From Acidobacteriota bacterium (GTDB taxonomy: Bacteria; Acidobacteriota; Terriglobia; Acidiferrales; UBA7541): DNA of 64,000 nucleotides. The stretch lies in the NCBI GenBank assembly GCA_021780215.1, contig JAJXZD010000174.1, positions 3,286 to 67,285 of the forward strand, read 5' to 3'. Both the position numbers and the translations under genes were made by a program. This document shows positions 27,244 through 37,083 of this stretch, piece after piece; position 1 is the stretch's first letter, and every line of letters begins with the position of its first letter. The notes beneath the pieces are model-generated. The model was not told where the DNA came from. It made no database searches and worked only from the letters and a program-made list of their open reading frames with translations.

Positions 27244-28068
27244 TCACCCTTCCGCACGGGGTTTAACCGCGCGGATGAACGCACTCAAGAACTTTCCGTC
27301 CGCCTGCAAGCCAAGCGTGTCCGGATCGATCCCAGCGGTCGAGAAAAGCTCTCGCGCCTCCTCGACGCGGTAGATCCTCGTTGGTTCGACCGTGATCTGC
27401 TCGAAGCCGGCTGAGGCGAGTTTCCTCCGGTAGTCGTCCTCGTCCAAGGCGCCAGCCACGCACCCAATCCACAGCAGGATGCTTTCGCGGGCCTCGGGAG
27501 CCATTTCTCCGCGTGTGACCACATCGGAAACTGCGAACCGCCCGCCGGGCTTCAGCACTCGCCACGCCTCTCGCAGCGCACGGTCCTTGTCCGTGGAAAG
27601 ATTGATGACGCAATTCGAAATCACGGCATCCACGCTGTTATCCGGCAGGGGGATGTGTTCCAACTCGCCCTTGAGGAATTCCACGTTTCCCACGCCGGCC
27701 TTCTTTTTATTTTCGTTCGCCAGAGCCAGCATCTCGTCGGTCATATCCAAACCGTAGGCTTTACCGGTTGGCCCAATGCGCCGGGCCGAGAGGAGCACGT
27801 CAATGCCTCCGCCCGATCCAAGATCGAGCACGATATCCCCAGGGTTCAGTGCGGCGAGGGCCGTGGGATTGCCGCAGCCAAGCGACGCGCGGACGGCCGC
27901 TTCCGGGATTCCAGCCGTCTCGACATGATCGTAGAGTCCCGAGCTGATCGGATCGCTGCAGCTCGAATCGGACGCGGAGCCGCAACAGGGCTTCCTTCCG
28001 ACGCTCGCCTGGAGCGCCATCTCGGCATATTTTTTCCTGACCTGTTCTTTGAGTTCCGCATTTGCCAT
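27244..28068 (-). CDS. arsM: Arsenite S-adenosylmethionine methyltransferase-like protein
   Basis: 274 aa. It has an N-terminal Cys cluster ([14 protein letters not shown]), the SAM motif [11 protein letters not shown], and [10 protein letters not shown] containing the conserved Cys. Confidence 0.75.
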   Translation of the reverse strand: MANAELKEQVRKKYAEMALQASVGRKPCCGSASDSSCSDPISSGLYDHVETAGIPEAAVRASLGCGNPTALAALNPGDIVLDLGSGGGIDVLLSARRIGPTGKAYGLDMTDEMLALANENKKKAGVGNVEFLKGELEHIPLPDNSVDAVISNCVINLSTDKDRALREAWRVLKPGGRFAVSDVVTRGEMAPEARESILLWIGCVAGALDEDDYRRKLASAGFEQITVEPTRIYRVEEARELFSTAGIDPDTLGLQADGKFLSAFIRAVKPRAEG

Positions 28069-28154
28069 CGCGGTTCTCCCCTGCAGTTAAGACTAGCGCC
28101 CAACGATAAAAATGGCAAAGGAGGGCTTGTGGAGGTTCGCTTGCGAGCGATTCC

Positions 28155-29087
28155 TCAGCCTCGCACGGTCAGGACGGGGCAGGTAGCCTGGGTCACAATC
28201 CTGTACAGTGCGGACCGGTGGGATTTCTGCGCGAGCCGCGCCTTGGTGCTCGGCACTCCCAGGACGAGCATGTCCGCCCCATGCCCTTCGGCGACTTCGA
28301 GGACCTTTTCTCCGTGGGAACCGCGTTCAGCAACGCAAATAGGTTCAGAGCGAAGGTCGGCCCCAAAGGGAATCAGTTCCTGGAGGGTCTGCAGCATCGC
28401 GGATACCTCGGCGCCGTCTTCAATGCAATGGAAAAGGATCAGATTGGAGCGGTGTTCCCGGGCGAGTGAAATGGCATACGGCGCACCTGCCAGCGATTCA
28501 GGGCTGAAATCCGTGGCATAGAGAATCCGGGTGAGCCCGACGTGGCGAGCCGTCCTCGGAGAGACGTCGGGTCCGACCGTGAGCACGGGGCAGGGAGAAT
28601 TCCGAAAGATTTCCTCGGCGGCGGAGCCCAGGATGGCCTTTTGAAGCCCTTTGCGGCCGTGCGTGCTCAGAATGAGGAGGTCAATCTGCTTTTCAGCGAT
28701 AATTTCGGAAACGACCGGCCAGACTTCTCCAGCCCGGAAAATCAGCTCATGTGAAACTCCGGCTAGTTGCCTTTCGAGGACCTGCTGAGCCCGCTCCCGG
28801 TATTCCCGCTCCTGCTCGGCCATCGTGGCCCAGGCGGCGGGGGGCATAAGCGGAAGAAGTTCCGGCTGGATCACGTGCGCGGCGAAGAGCATGGCTCCGT
28901 AGCGCCGGGCAATGCCCATGGCGTAGGGAAGGGCGCGCTCTGCTGTGGAGGAGAGATCGGTCGCGTAGAGCAGATTCGCCAGCCGCAAGCGGCTCGTCGT
29001 GTCCAAAATCCTCATAGGATGCCTCGTGGAGGGGGCGCCCCCGGGGGTTGTGGGGGCGTTTGGTAAAGTCGTTCTCGGAGTTGCCAT
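28155..29087 (-). CDS. Tandem-domain universal stress protein (UspA family)
   Basis: There are two Usp domains. Each ends in G(S/T)HGR..LGS..E and CPVLTV. The ATG at 29087 (MATPRTT) has GGAGG 5 nt upstream and lies 13 nt after the groEL stop. Confidence 0.85.
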   Translation of the reverse strand: MATPRTTLPNAPTTPGGAPSTRHPMRILDTTSRLRLANLLYATDLSSTAERALPYAMGIARRYGAMLFAAHVIQPELLPLMPPAAWATMAEQEREYRERAQQVLERQLAGVSHELIFRAGEVWPVVSEIIAEKQIDLLILSTHGRKGLQKAILGSAAEEIFRNSPCPVLTVGPDVSPRTARHVGLTRILYATDFSPESLAGAPYAISLAREHRSNLILFHCIEDGAEVSAMLQTLQELIPFGADLRSEPICVAERGSHGEKVLEVAEGHGADMLVLGVPSTKARLAQKSHRSALYRIVTQATCPVLTVRG

Positions 29088-29100
29088 ATGGTCCTCCGCA

Positions 29101-30729
29101 TCATTCCGCCAGGGCAACCTCGCGGCCCTGTGCCTGGTCCGATTTGGGCTCGGGGATTTCAGTCAGAGTCGCCTCAGTTAGCAGCAGCACGCCGGCTACG
29201 GACACGGCATTCTCTAGCGCCATGCGGACGACCTTGGTCGGGTCAATGATGCCGGTTTTCACAAGGTCCACGTATTCGTTCCGGGAGGCGTCAAATCCAA
29301 AATTGCCCGTGCCGCTCTTCATCCGGTCTACGACCACACCCCCGTCGGCGCTCGAGTTTTCCGCGATCTGGCGCGTCGGCGCTTCGAGCGCCCGTCTGAG
29401 AATGCGGAGTCCCGTCTGCTCGTCGCCGGAGCATTCCGGCTCTGCGGCCTGCACCGCATCTATGGCGCGGAGCAGAGCTAGCCCTCCGCCGGGGACGATT
29501 CCCTCGGCCATGGCGGCCTTTGTGGAGCTGACGGCGTCCTCGAACGCTTCCTTCCGGTTTTTCAGCTCGGTTTCCGAGGGCGCTCCCACATGGATGACGG
29601 CGACGCCGCCGGCAAGCTTGGCCAAGCGTTCCTGGAGCTTTTCCTTGTCGTAATCGGAAGCAGTTTCCTCGATCTGCTTGCGAATTTCGTTGCAGCGGCC
29701 CTCGATGGACTGGCGGCTTCCCGCGCCCTGGATGATGGTCGTCTTTTCCCGGTCAATGAGCACGCGCTTGGCCTTGCCGAGCTCCCCGAGTTGGAGGCTC
29801 TCGATCTTCATGCCCAGCTCTTCGGCGAGCACTTTTCCGCCGGTAAGAATGGCGATGTCCTGCAAGATTTCCTTTCGGCGGTCGCCGAACCCCGGCGCTT
29901 TCACGGCCGCGGACAGCAGGACGCCGCGAATTTTGTTGACCACGAGAGTCGCCAGCGCTTCGCCCTCGACATCCTCGGCGATGATCAGAAGTGGCTGCGC
30001 GGCCTTGGCCACCTGTTCCAGGAAAGGAAGCAGGTCCTTGAGGCTGGTGATTCTCTTTTCATGGATCAGAATCAGCGGGTCCTCGAGGTTTACGGTCATT
30101 TTCTCGGGGTCGGTGATGAAGTAAGGAGAGAGATAGCCCCGGTCAAATTGCATTCCCTCGACCACTTCCAGAGAGGTCTCCGTCCCCTTCGCCTCGTCCA
30201 GAGTTACCACCCCGTCCTTGCCGACCTTTTCCATGGCGTCAGCCACCATTTCCCCAATGGCCGGGTCGTTGTGGGCCGAGACAGTGGCAATCTGCACTTT
30301 TTCCCAGCGGCTAAACACAGGACGCGAGAGCTTGTGCAGCGACTCGACCGACGCCCGCATTCCGCGTTCGAGGCCGCGCTTGAGTTCGATAGCGCTGGCG
30401 CCGGCAGCCACGTTGTGCAATCCCTCGGCGAAAATGGCATGTGCGAGGACGATGGAGGTCGTGGTGCCGTCGCCGACGGCATCGCCCGTGCGCTCCGCCG
30501 CTTCCCGCATCATTCTCGCGCCCAGATTCTCCTCGTGGTCGGTCAGCTCCACTTCCTTGGCAATCGTCACCCCGTCGTTGCTGACAATCGGCCGGCCCCA
30601 CTTCTTCTCGATCAGCACGCATTTGGACTTCGGCCCCAGGGTGACGCGCACGGCGTCGGCAAGGGCCGAGGCGCCCTTGAGAACCTTTTCCCGGGCAGCC
30701 GACTTGAACAACAACTGCTTGCTGGTCAT
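29101..30729 (-). CDS. groL: Chaperonin GroEL paralogue (no adjacent groES, no GGM tail)
   Basis: Internal ATG at 30729 ([19 protein letters not shown]). The hallmark [14 protein letters not shown] is present. The product is 542 aa and its C-terminus reads [19 protein letters not shown]. Confidence 0.9.
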   Translation of the reverse strand: MTSKQLLFKSAAREKVLKGASALADAVRVTLGPKSKCVLIEKKWGRPIVSNDGVTIAKEVELTDHEENLGARMMREAAERTGDAVGDGTTTSIVLAHAIFAEGLHNVAAGASAIELKRGLERGMRASVESLHKLSRPVFSRWEKVQIATVSAHNDPAIGEMVADAMEKVGKDGVVTLDEAKGTETSLEVVEGMQFDRGYLSPYFITDPEKMTVNLEDPLILIHEKRITSLKDLLPFLEQVAKAAQPLLIIAEDVEGEALATLVVNKIRGVLLSAAVKAPGFGDRRKEILQDIAILTGGKVLAEELGMKIESLQLGELGKAKRVLIDREKTTIIQGAGSRQSIEGRCNEIRKQIEETASDYDKEKLQERLAKLAGGVAVIHVGAPSETELKNRKEAFEDAVSSTKAAMAEGIVPGGGLALLRAIDAVQAAEPECSGDEQTGLRILRRALEAPTRQIAENSSADGGVVVDRMKSGTGNFGFDASRNEYVDLVKTGIIDPTKVVRMALENAVSVAGVLLLTEATLTEIPEPKSDQAQGREVALAE

Positions 30730-30785
30730 GAACGTTCTCCGAATGCCGGTGCAAGTCAAAAGTAGCGAATGGAACCACGGGAAGG

Positions 30786-30801
30786 AATGATAGGTGTCAC
30801 C
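30786..30801. promoter_or_regulatory. CRP/FNR-type half-degenerate site AATGA-TAGGTG-TCACC (site A)
   Basis: Lies in the groEL/hsp20 divergent region. It shares the exact 13-mer TGATAGGTGTCAC with site C at 32697-32712. Confidence 0.35.
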
Positions 30802-30807
30802 GGCGTG

Positions 30808-30823
30808 TGTGATGCGCCTCACT
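30808..30823. promoter_or_regulatory. CRP-type site TGTGA-TGCGCC-TCACT (site B)
   Basis: Matches TGTGA-N6-TCACA at 9 of 10 positions. It lies 121-136 nt upstream of the hsp20 ATG. Confidence 0.4.
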
Positions 30824-30943
30824 GCCGCGCGCGGAGATGCCATTAACATGGATGTATATTCCCCACTGAAAAGCGGGTCTCCCCATGCTTGCAAGGCAGG
30901 CCGGCAGTGGCGGGCAGGCAGGGGGAGCGAAGGAGAAGTTGAA

Positions 30944-31471
30944 ATGAGCGAGAAATCCACTGCAGTACAAACGGCCCCAGCGGGCACTTCCCTTAGGGTT
31001 GTCGAACCCCAAACTCTTTTCGACCGAATCAATCGGTTGCACGACCGCATCGCGCGGCGCGCATTCGAAATTTTCGAGGGCGACGGCGGGTTTTTCGGCC
31101 GTGAACTCGACCACTGGTTCAAAGCAGAGAGAGAGCTGCTTCATCCGGTTCATTTGAACATTCGCGAGACGGACGACGAGCTGCGCGTGGAGGCCGAGGT
31201 CCCCGGATTCGAAGCGAAGGACCTCGAGGTCAGCATCGAGCCCCGGCGGCTCACCATCAGCGGAAAGAAGGAAACCACCAAGGAGCGTGGGGAAAAGGGA
31301 AAGGTTGTCTACGAGGAACAGCGCTCCAGCGAACTTCTTCGCATGGTGGATCTGCCGGCGGAAGTGGATGCGGCCCGGGCGACTGCCACGCTGAAGAATG
31401 GCGTCCTGGAACTCGCCCTGCCAAAGAGCTCGGCAGCGAAAAGCACGCGCGTGGGGGTAAAGGCGGCGTGA
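30944..31471 (+). CDS. Hsp20/alpha-crystallin small heat-shock protein
   Basis: The ATG at 30944 follows GGAGAAG. The alpha-crystallin domain reads [30 protein letters not shown]...[14 protein letters not shown]. Confidence 0.85.
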   Translation: MSEKSTAVQTAPAGTSLRVVEPQTLFDRINRLHDRIARRAFEIFEGDGGFFGRELDHWFKAERELLHPVHLNIRETDDELRVEAEVPGFEAKDLEVSIEPRRLTISGKKETTKERGEKGKVVYEEQRSSELLRMVDLPAEVDAARATATLKNGVLELALPKSSAAKSTRVGVKAA

Positions 31472-31656
31472 TGGCTAGCGGATTCCGCCGATTGGCAGTC
31501 GAGGATGGGCTCCATGGCAGGTAGCGCCGGGAGGTTCAAAGCGCGGGTGCCCGCGCACGTCCCGCAGGCGGCGCTGCGGGTTGCCGGAGTGGCGAGAGTC
31601 GCAGGACACTCGCGGAGCAGCGGCCGGCCCGCCCCGTCGGGCGAGCCTCGGCTTCC

Positions 31657-32628
31657 ATGATGCGGGTCGCGGTCATCACAAGCGGAGGAGACGCTCCGGG
31701 AATGAACGCGGGAATCCGGGCAGTAGTCCGGACTGCGGTCTCCCGGGGATGGGAAGTCCTGGGTGTGCGCCATGGCTACGCCGGGCTGGCCTGCGGCGAT
31801 TTTATTCCGCTGGGACGGCGCGACGTCAGCGGGGTGATCGGGCGGGGCGGCACGATGCTGGGCAGCACGCGGAGTCCAGCATTTTTGCTCGCGGAGACGC
31901 AGGAGCGGGCAATTCGTATCCTGCGCGAGCGCGCGGTTGACGCGGCGGTCGTCATTGGCGGAGACGGTTCACAGGCCGGGGCGTTGGCCCTCTGGCAAAG
32001 GGGCTTTCCCGTGGTGGGCGTCGCCTCCACCATTGACAACGATCTGCACGGCTCCGACATCACCATCGGCGTGGATACAGCGCTTAACATCGCGTTGGAA
32101 GCGATTGACCGGATCAAAGTCACTGCCTCTTCGCATGAACGCGCGTTCCTCGTCGAAGTGATGGGCAGGAACTGCGGGTATCTGGCCTTGATGTCTGGAA
32201 TCGCCGGCGGGGCAGAGTGCATCGTGCTGCCGGAGGTGAAGACCGATCCCGAAACCGTCGCGCGCGATTTGCGGGCGGCTTACGAGAGGGGCAAGGCCCA
32301 TGCCATTGTGGTCGTGGCCGAAGGAGCGCAGTACAACGCCGAGGGCTTGTCCAACTTTTTTCGCGAGCACAGCGAAAGGCTCGGTTTTGACTTAAGAGTG
32401 GTCAAGCTTGGGCACGTCCAGAGAGGCGGCGCGCCGGGAGTCTTCGATCGCGTGCTGGCCACCCGAATGGGCGCCGCGGCCACCGAAAGCATCCAGCAGG
32501 GCCGTTTCGGTGTGCTCATGGGGCTGATCGGAGGAGAAATCGCGGCCACCCCGCTTGCTGAAGTGGTTGGCAAAGAGCACCCTTTGGACATGAAGTTGGT
32601 GGACTTGGCTGCTGTCCTGGCGCAGTGA
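31657..32628 (+). CDS. pfkA: ATP-dependent 6-phosphofructokinase
   Basis: 323 aa. Contains VAVITSGGDAPGMNAGIR, VIGGDGS, TIDNDL and MGRNCGYLAL. Confidence 0.9.
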   Translation: MMRVAVITSGGDAPGMNAGIRAVVRTAVSRGWEVLGVRHGYAGLACGDFIPLGRRDVSGVIGRGGTMLGSTRSPAFLLAETQERAIRILRERAVDAAVVIGGDGSQAGALALWQRGFPVVGVASTIDNDLHGSDITIGVDTALNIALEAIDRIKVTASSHERAFLVEVMGRNCGYLALMSGIAGGAECIVLPEVKTDPETVARDLRAAYERGKAHAIVVVAEGAQYNAEGLSNFFREHSERLGFDLRVVKLGHVQRGGAPGVFDRVLATRMGAAATESIQQGRFGVLMGLIGGEIAATPLAEVVGKEHPLDMKLVDLAAVLAQ

Positions 32629-32696
32629 ATAAATGGATCGTTGCTTCTCCGGCCGGGCCACGGGTGTTGCGGGGATAGAGAGAAGGCTATTGGTGG

Positions 32697-32712
32697 TGTG
32701 ATAGGTGTCACT
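32697..32712. promoter_or_regulatory. CRP-type site TGTGA-TAGGTG-TCACT (site C)
   Basis: Matches the consensus at 9 of 10 positions. It lies 76-91 nt upstream of the second USP gene. Confidence 0.45.
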
Positions 32713-32787
32713 GGTTAGGGTGCGCGCAGGCACCGAGAAGCAGGTCAAACAGGACTAAACGTTAAGCAGCAGTAGCGGGAGACGAAC

Positions 32788-33681
32788 ATGGCAACGCCAA
32801 GCGCAAAGACAAGAGTTTCCCTGAGCAACATTCTCTACGCAACGGATTTCTCGTCCATTGCCGGCGCCGCTGTTCCCTACGCCGCTGAGATTGCCCGGCG
32901 CTACGGAGGCAGGGTTCATGCCGTACACGTCCGGTCGATACAGGCGTATGGTATCGCCCCGCCCGAGTCCTGGCCCGCGCTCAAGGAGGCGGCTGAGGTG
33001 CAGGCGAAAGAGGAGGCGGAGCGCCTCGACCGATTGTTCCAGGGGGTCGAGCACGATTCGACGGTCACCGAAGGCGATGTGTGGGAAGTGCTGTCGAGAT
33101 TGATTGACGAGAAGCACGCGGATCTCATCGTCATGGGAACGCATGGCCGCGAAGGCCTTGGCAAAATCCTGCTCGGGTCGGTTGCGGAGAATGTGCTTCG
33201 GCGAGCAGCGTGCCCGGTGCTGACGGTGGGGCCGCGCGTGCTCGTTAGCCCGGAGCGTGCTGTGGAGATGAAGCGGATTCTCTTCCCGACTGATTTTTCT
33301 GCCGCCTCCCAAGCCGCTGCGGCCTACGCCATATCGCTGGCGCAGGAAAACCAGGCCTATCTGGACCTCTTGCATGTAATTGAAAAGCGCAAGACGGGCG
33401 AACTTGTGCTTGCGCAGGAACTGGTGCCAGGAACTAAGGGGCGGATGCGCGCCCTTCTGCCGCCGGAGGCGGACCTGTGGTGCGAGCCGACCTATCTGGT
33501 TGAGGAGGGGGATCCCGCCGAGTCAATCCTGAAGACCGCCAAGGAGCATGGCGCGGACATGATTGTTCTGGGAGTGAAGCGCCTGCAAGGTGGGTTCAGC
33601 CCAGCGGCCCGTGCCCCATGGGCCACGGCGCACAAGATTATCGTTGGCGCTCCGTGCCCGGTGCTGACGGTTCACGGCTAA
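32788..33681 (+). CDS. Tandem-domain universal stress protein (UspA family)
   Basis: 297 aa. It has the same two-domain layout as the USP at 28155-29087. Shared segments include MATP..LSNILYATDFS, GTHGREGLGKILLGSVAE and CPVLTV. Confidence 0.9.
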   Translation: MATPSAKTRVSLSNILYATDFSSIAGAAVPYAAEIARRYGGRVHAVHVRSIQAYGIAPPESWPALKEAAEVQAKEEAERLDRLFQGVEHDSTVTEGDVWEVLSRLIDEKHADLIVMGTHGREGLGKILLGSVAENVLRRAACPVLTVGPRVLVSPERAVEMKRILFPTDFSAASQAAAAYAISLAQENQAYLDLLHVIEKRKTGELVLAQELVPGTKGRMRALLPPEADLWCEPTYLVEEGDPAESILKTAKEHGADMIVLGVKRLQGGFSPAARAPWATAHKIIVGAPCPVLTVHG

Positions 33682-33966
33682 CAAACTCGGACACTGGCTG
33701 CGGACGCGGCAGCAAGAGGACAACGCCTTGCCAAGCCTTGAACTCCGCAGAGGCCCCGCCCGCAGCCAGATTCGGCCAGGTCACGTCAGCTCCGTCTCGT
33801 GTAGGCTCCCGAAGGTGGACCCGTTTCTTGCTTCGATAATATCTTTCCTCTCCGCGGTTCACGGCCATAGAATTCCTTTTTGCCGGCCGCTTCCTGAAGC
33901 GGGCGACATGGAAATAATCCAATTCGCGAGTCCTCAAGAGTGATCCACCGCGCCTCATTGGAATGC

Positions 33967-36636
33967 ATGTTCAGCCCGAAATCTGTAGCCGTCATTGGGG
34001 CCACCGAGGCCGAGGGAAGCGTTGGCCGGACGCTCGTTCTGAATCTTCGTCAGGGAGGTTTTACCGGGCGCATTTATGCGGTGAATCCAAAACACAAGGA
34101 GGTATTGGGGCTACCCTGCCATGCTCGGATAGGCGACTTGCGGGGAGAGGTGGACCTAGCGGTGATTGCCACGCCTGCCGCGACAGTTCCGGGCGTCGTA
34201 GGCGAGTGCCTCGAAGCGGAAGTTCGCGGAGCGGTAGTGATCTCCGCGGGATTTCGGGAGCGAGGGCCGGAAGGGGCCGATTTGGAGAGGCAAATTCAGG
34301 AGCGCCTGCGCGGCGGGGCAATGCGTCTGGTCGGCCCGAATTGCCTGGGAATCATGATTCCGGGGATAGGCCTGAACGCGACCTTTGCGCACGACATGGG
34401 GCGGCCGGGGCGCATTGCCTTCCTGAGCCAGAGCGGGGCGCTGGAGACGGCGATTCTCGATTGGAGTATCGGGGAGCGCGTGGGCTTCAGCGCAATCGTT
34501 TCCACCGGCTCAATGGTCGATGTGGGCTGGGGCGACTTGATTGACTACTTCGCAGGCGATCCGGACACCCAGGCCATCTTGTTGTACATGGAGTCCGTGG
34601 GCGACGCGCGCTTGTTTCTTTCCGCCGCGCGAGAAGCGGCGCTCCGAAAGCCCATTCTGGTGATCAAGGCGGGCCGCTCCGAAGTTGCTGCCCGCGCGGC
34701 CGCCTCCCATACCGGGGCAATGACGGGAAGCGACGAGGTGTTCGATGCCGCGCTCCGCCGCTGCGGCGTTCTGCGCGTGCAAAGTATCAGCGATCTCTTC
34801 CATCTGGCGGAAACGCTGGCTCGCCAGCCACGGCCAGCCGGGCCGAAGCTGACCATCGTGACGAATGCGGGCGGCCCGGCCGTGCTGGCCACGGATGCCC
34901 TGATTGCGGGTGGCGGGGAACTGGCCCCGCTGCCGGAAGCCTCGGTAAATGCACTCAGCGAGTTCCTGTCCCCGCACTGGAGCCATGCAAACCCGATTGA
35001 CGTGCTGGGAGACGCTGGCTCGGAGGAATATGCCCGGACACTCGACGTTGCGATCCGCGACCCGCAGAGCGACGGTCTGCTGGCCATTTTGGCGCCGCAA
35101 GGGATGACTGACCCCGCGGAGGTGGCCAATAAGCTGAAGCCCTATGCGCGCGGATTCGGAAAACCGATTCTTGCCAGTTGGATGGGCGGCAAGCTGATGG
35201 CGCGCGGAGTAGAAATTCTGAACGAGGCCGGGATTCCAACTTTCGCCTACGCCGACACGGCGGCGCGAGCCTTCTGCTACATGTGGCGCTACAGCGACAA
35301 TCTCCGCGCCTTATACGAAACGCCCAGTTTTGGAGAGGATGTGGAGGGAGGCAACGCCCCGGGGCTGGAAGCGCGGGAGATTCTGGAAGAAGTCCGCGCC
35401 GGCCGCCGTACGATCCTCAGCGAAATTGAATCGAAGCGTGTGCTGGCCCTGTATGGAATTCCGGTCGTCGAAACGCACCGTGCGCAATCCCCGGACGAGG
35501 CGGTGGCAAAGGCGCGAGCCTGCGGTTTCCCGGTTGTTCTGAAGGTGTTTTCCGAGTTCATCACCCATAAGACGGAGGCTGGCGGCGTCAAGCTGAGTTT
35601 GGCGGACGAGGATGCCGTGCGCCGAGCCTATGCCGGGATCGAGCAGTCGGTTCGGGAAAGAGCCGGGGCGGACAAGTTCCAGGGAGTTTCAGTGCAGCGC
35701 ATGGTGCGTATGGAGGGCTATGAGCTGATCATCGGCAGCAGCGTGGATTCGCAGTTTGGGCCGGTGATTCTGTTTGGTTCTGGCGGCCAACTCGTGGAGG
35801 TTTACCGGGACCGCGCCCTGGCGCTTCCTCCTCTCAATGCCACTTTGGCACAGCGGCTGATTGAACGGACCCGTGTCTATCGGGCGCTGCAGGGCGTGCG
35901 AGGACGTGCCGCCGTGAATCTCGACGAGTTGAAGCTGATCTTGGTCCGGTTCAGCCGTCTGCTTGCGGAGCAGCCGTGGATCAAGGAAGTGGACGTGAAT
36001 CCGCTGCTCGCCTCACCCGGGGGAATTGTCGCCCTCGACGCGCGCATCGTCCTTCATTCTCCGGAGACCCTCCCGGAGACGCTGCCGCGACTGGCGATCC
36101 GGCCGTATCCGATGCGCTACGTTGGCCAGTGGACGATGAAAAACGGAGATACGGTGGTGATCCGTCCGATTCGTCCAGAGGACGAGCCGCTCATGGTGAA
36201 ATTTCACCAGGCGCTCTCCGACCGCAGCGTCTATCTTCGCTATTTCCATATGATGCGGCTCAGCGCGCGCGTCTCCCACGAGCGAATGATCCAACGATGC
36301 TTCGTTGACTACGACCGGGAGATCGCCCTGGTTGCCGACTTTGAGGACCCACGGACTTCCGCCCACGAGATTCTGGCGGTCGGCCGCCTGACCAAGCTGC
36401 CCGGCGAGCAGGAGGCGGAGGTGGGAGTGATCGTTCGCGACGACCGTCAGAAACAGGGCCTCGGCGTGGAAATGCTCCGCCGGCTGATCGAGGTGGCCCG
36501 GCATGAGAAAGTGGGACGCATTGTGGCGCATACTCTTCCCGAAAACCTGGAGATGCGGTCTCTGGCAGAACGGTTCGGATTTCAGGTTCGCAAGACGGAG
36601 GAGATGGACACGGTCGTGGCGGTCCTCGACTTATAG
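33967..36636 (+). CDS. Pat/YfiQ-type protein lysine acetyltransferase (NDP-forming acyl-CoA synthetase-like N-terminus plus C-terminal GNAT)
   Basis: Contains a CoA-binding segment (SVAVIGATEAEGSVG), succinyl-CoA-synthetase-like and ATP-grasp-like segments, and a C-terminal GNAT (RDDRQKQGLGVEMLRRLIEVAR). I prefer the start at 33967 (MFSPKSVAVIGA). The track ORF starts at a GTG at 33940. Confidence 0.85.
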   Translation: MFSPKSVAVIGATEAEGSVGRTLVLNLRQGGFTGRIYAVNPKHKEVLGLPCHARIGDLRGEVDLAVIATPAATVPGVVGECLEAEVRGAVVISAGFRERGPEGADLERQIQERLRGGAMRLVGPNCLGIMIPGIGLNATFAHDMGRPGRIAFLSQSGALETAILDWSIGERVGFSAIVSTGSMVDVGWGDLIDYFAGDPDTQAILLYMESVGDARLFLSAAREAALRKPILVIKAGRSEVAARAAASHTGAMTGSDEVFDAALRRCGVLRVQSISDLFHLAETLARQPRPAGPKLTIVTNAGGPAVLATDALIAGGGELAPLPEASVNALSEFLSPHWSHANPIDVLGDAGSEEYARTLDVAIRDPQSDGLLAILAPQGMTDPAEVANKLKPYARGFGKPILASWMGGKLMARGVEILNEAGIPTFAYADTAARAFCYMWRYSDNLRALYETPSFGEDVEGGNAPGLEAREILEEVRAGRRTILSEIESKRVLALYGIPVVETHRAQSPDEAVAKARACGFPVVLKVFSEFITHKTEAGGVKLSLADEDAVRRAYAGIEQSVRERAGADKFQGVSVQRMVRMEGYELIIGSSVDSQFGPVILFGSGGQLVEVYRDRALALPPLNATLAQRLIERTRVYRALQGVRGRAAVNLDELKLILVRFSRLLAEQPWIKEVDVNPLLASPGGIVALDARIVLHSPETLPETLPRLAIRPYPMRYVGQWTMKNGDTVVIRPIRPEDEPLMVKFHQALSDRSVYLRYFHMMRLSARVSHERMIQRCFVDYDREIALVADFEDPRTSAHEILAVGRLTKLPGEQEAEVGVIVRDDRQKQGLGVEMLRRLIEVARHEKVGRIVAHTLPENLEMRSLAERFGFQVRKTEEMDTVVAVLDL

Positions 36637-36685
36637 GACGGGCAGGGCGACGTGTCCCGCGAAGGACAATCCGTGGCAGGCGGAG

Positions 36686-36940
36686 TCAGGCCGCGGCAAT
36701 CACGCGGGGTTTCGTGCGTGGGGGAGCCTGCTGCGTCCAATCCATCAGCACGATTCCGGCATTGTTCCGGTATTCGAGCCAATAGCGGCGCGAGCAGGGG
36801 CCGCACAGCCAGAAGTGCTGGACAGAATGGAGGTTGGCTTCCGGATCGCCTTCGCTTTGCTGTTTATGGAACCGGAAGAATGTCCCCTGGTGATAATCGA
36901 AGTTCGCTCCGCAGATTGGGTTGGCACATTTTGAAAACAT
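36686..36940 (-). CDS. Small zinc-ribbon protein (84 aa), unknown function
   Basis: Internal ATG at 36940. The sequence MFSKCANPICGANF...HFWLCGPCSRRY contains CxxC..CxxC. It is divergent from the eRF1-like gene. Confidence 0.5.
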   Translation of the reverse strand: MFSKCANPICGANFDYHQGTFFRFHKQQSEGDPEANLHSVQHFWLCGPCSRRYWLEYRNNAGIVLMDWTQQAPPRTKPRVIAAA

Positions 36941-37042
36941 GATCTCCCCCGTCGCGGTCCGCACCATTCGACAGAAAAACCGAATAGTGAGATGCATAAT
37001 CCAGGGGAAAGGTTGAAATCAAGAGGCGATGTCACATAATAC

Positions 37043-37058
37043 TGTGATCAGGATCATA
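37043..37058. promoter_or_regulatory. CRP-type site TGTGA-TCAGGA-TCATA (site D)
   Basis: Matches the consensus at 9 of 10 positions. It lies in the divergent region between the zinc-ribbon gene and the eRF1-like gene. Confidence 0.4.
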
Positions 37059-37083
37059 CGGTCGCGACCAGTGTGAGAGTACG

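Noticed and set aside
30797-30816. An everted repeat reading, TGTCAC-N7-TGTGAT. It is also seen at about 37030-37049.
   Set aside because: The same nucleotides are explained more economically as adjacent or overlapping CRP-type TGTGA-N6-TCAC sites. The everted reading does not fit the 32697 and 38376 sites.
30730-31122. N-terminal extensions of listed ORFs. These affect groEL (to 31122), bioB (to 21663), the VWA gene (to 15385), ilvA (to 43033), the aminotransferase gene (to 41262) and the coiled-coil gene (to 58833).
   Set aside because: The extensions are R/S/P-rich and overlap neighbouring genes or promoters. They also precede internal Met codons that reproduce the canonical family N-termini, often with a Shine-Dalgarno sequence.
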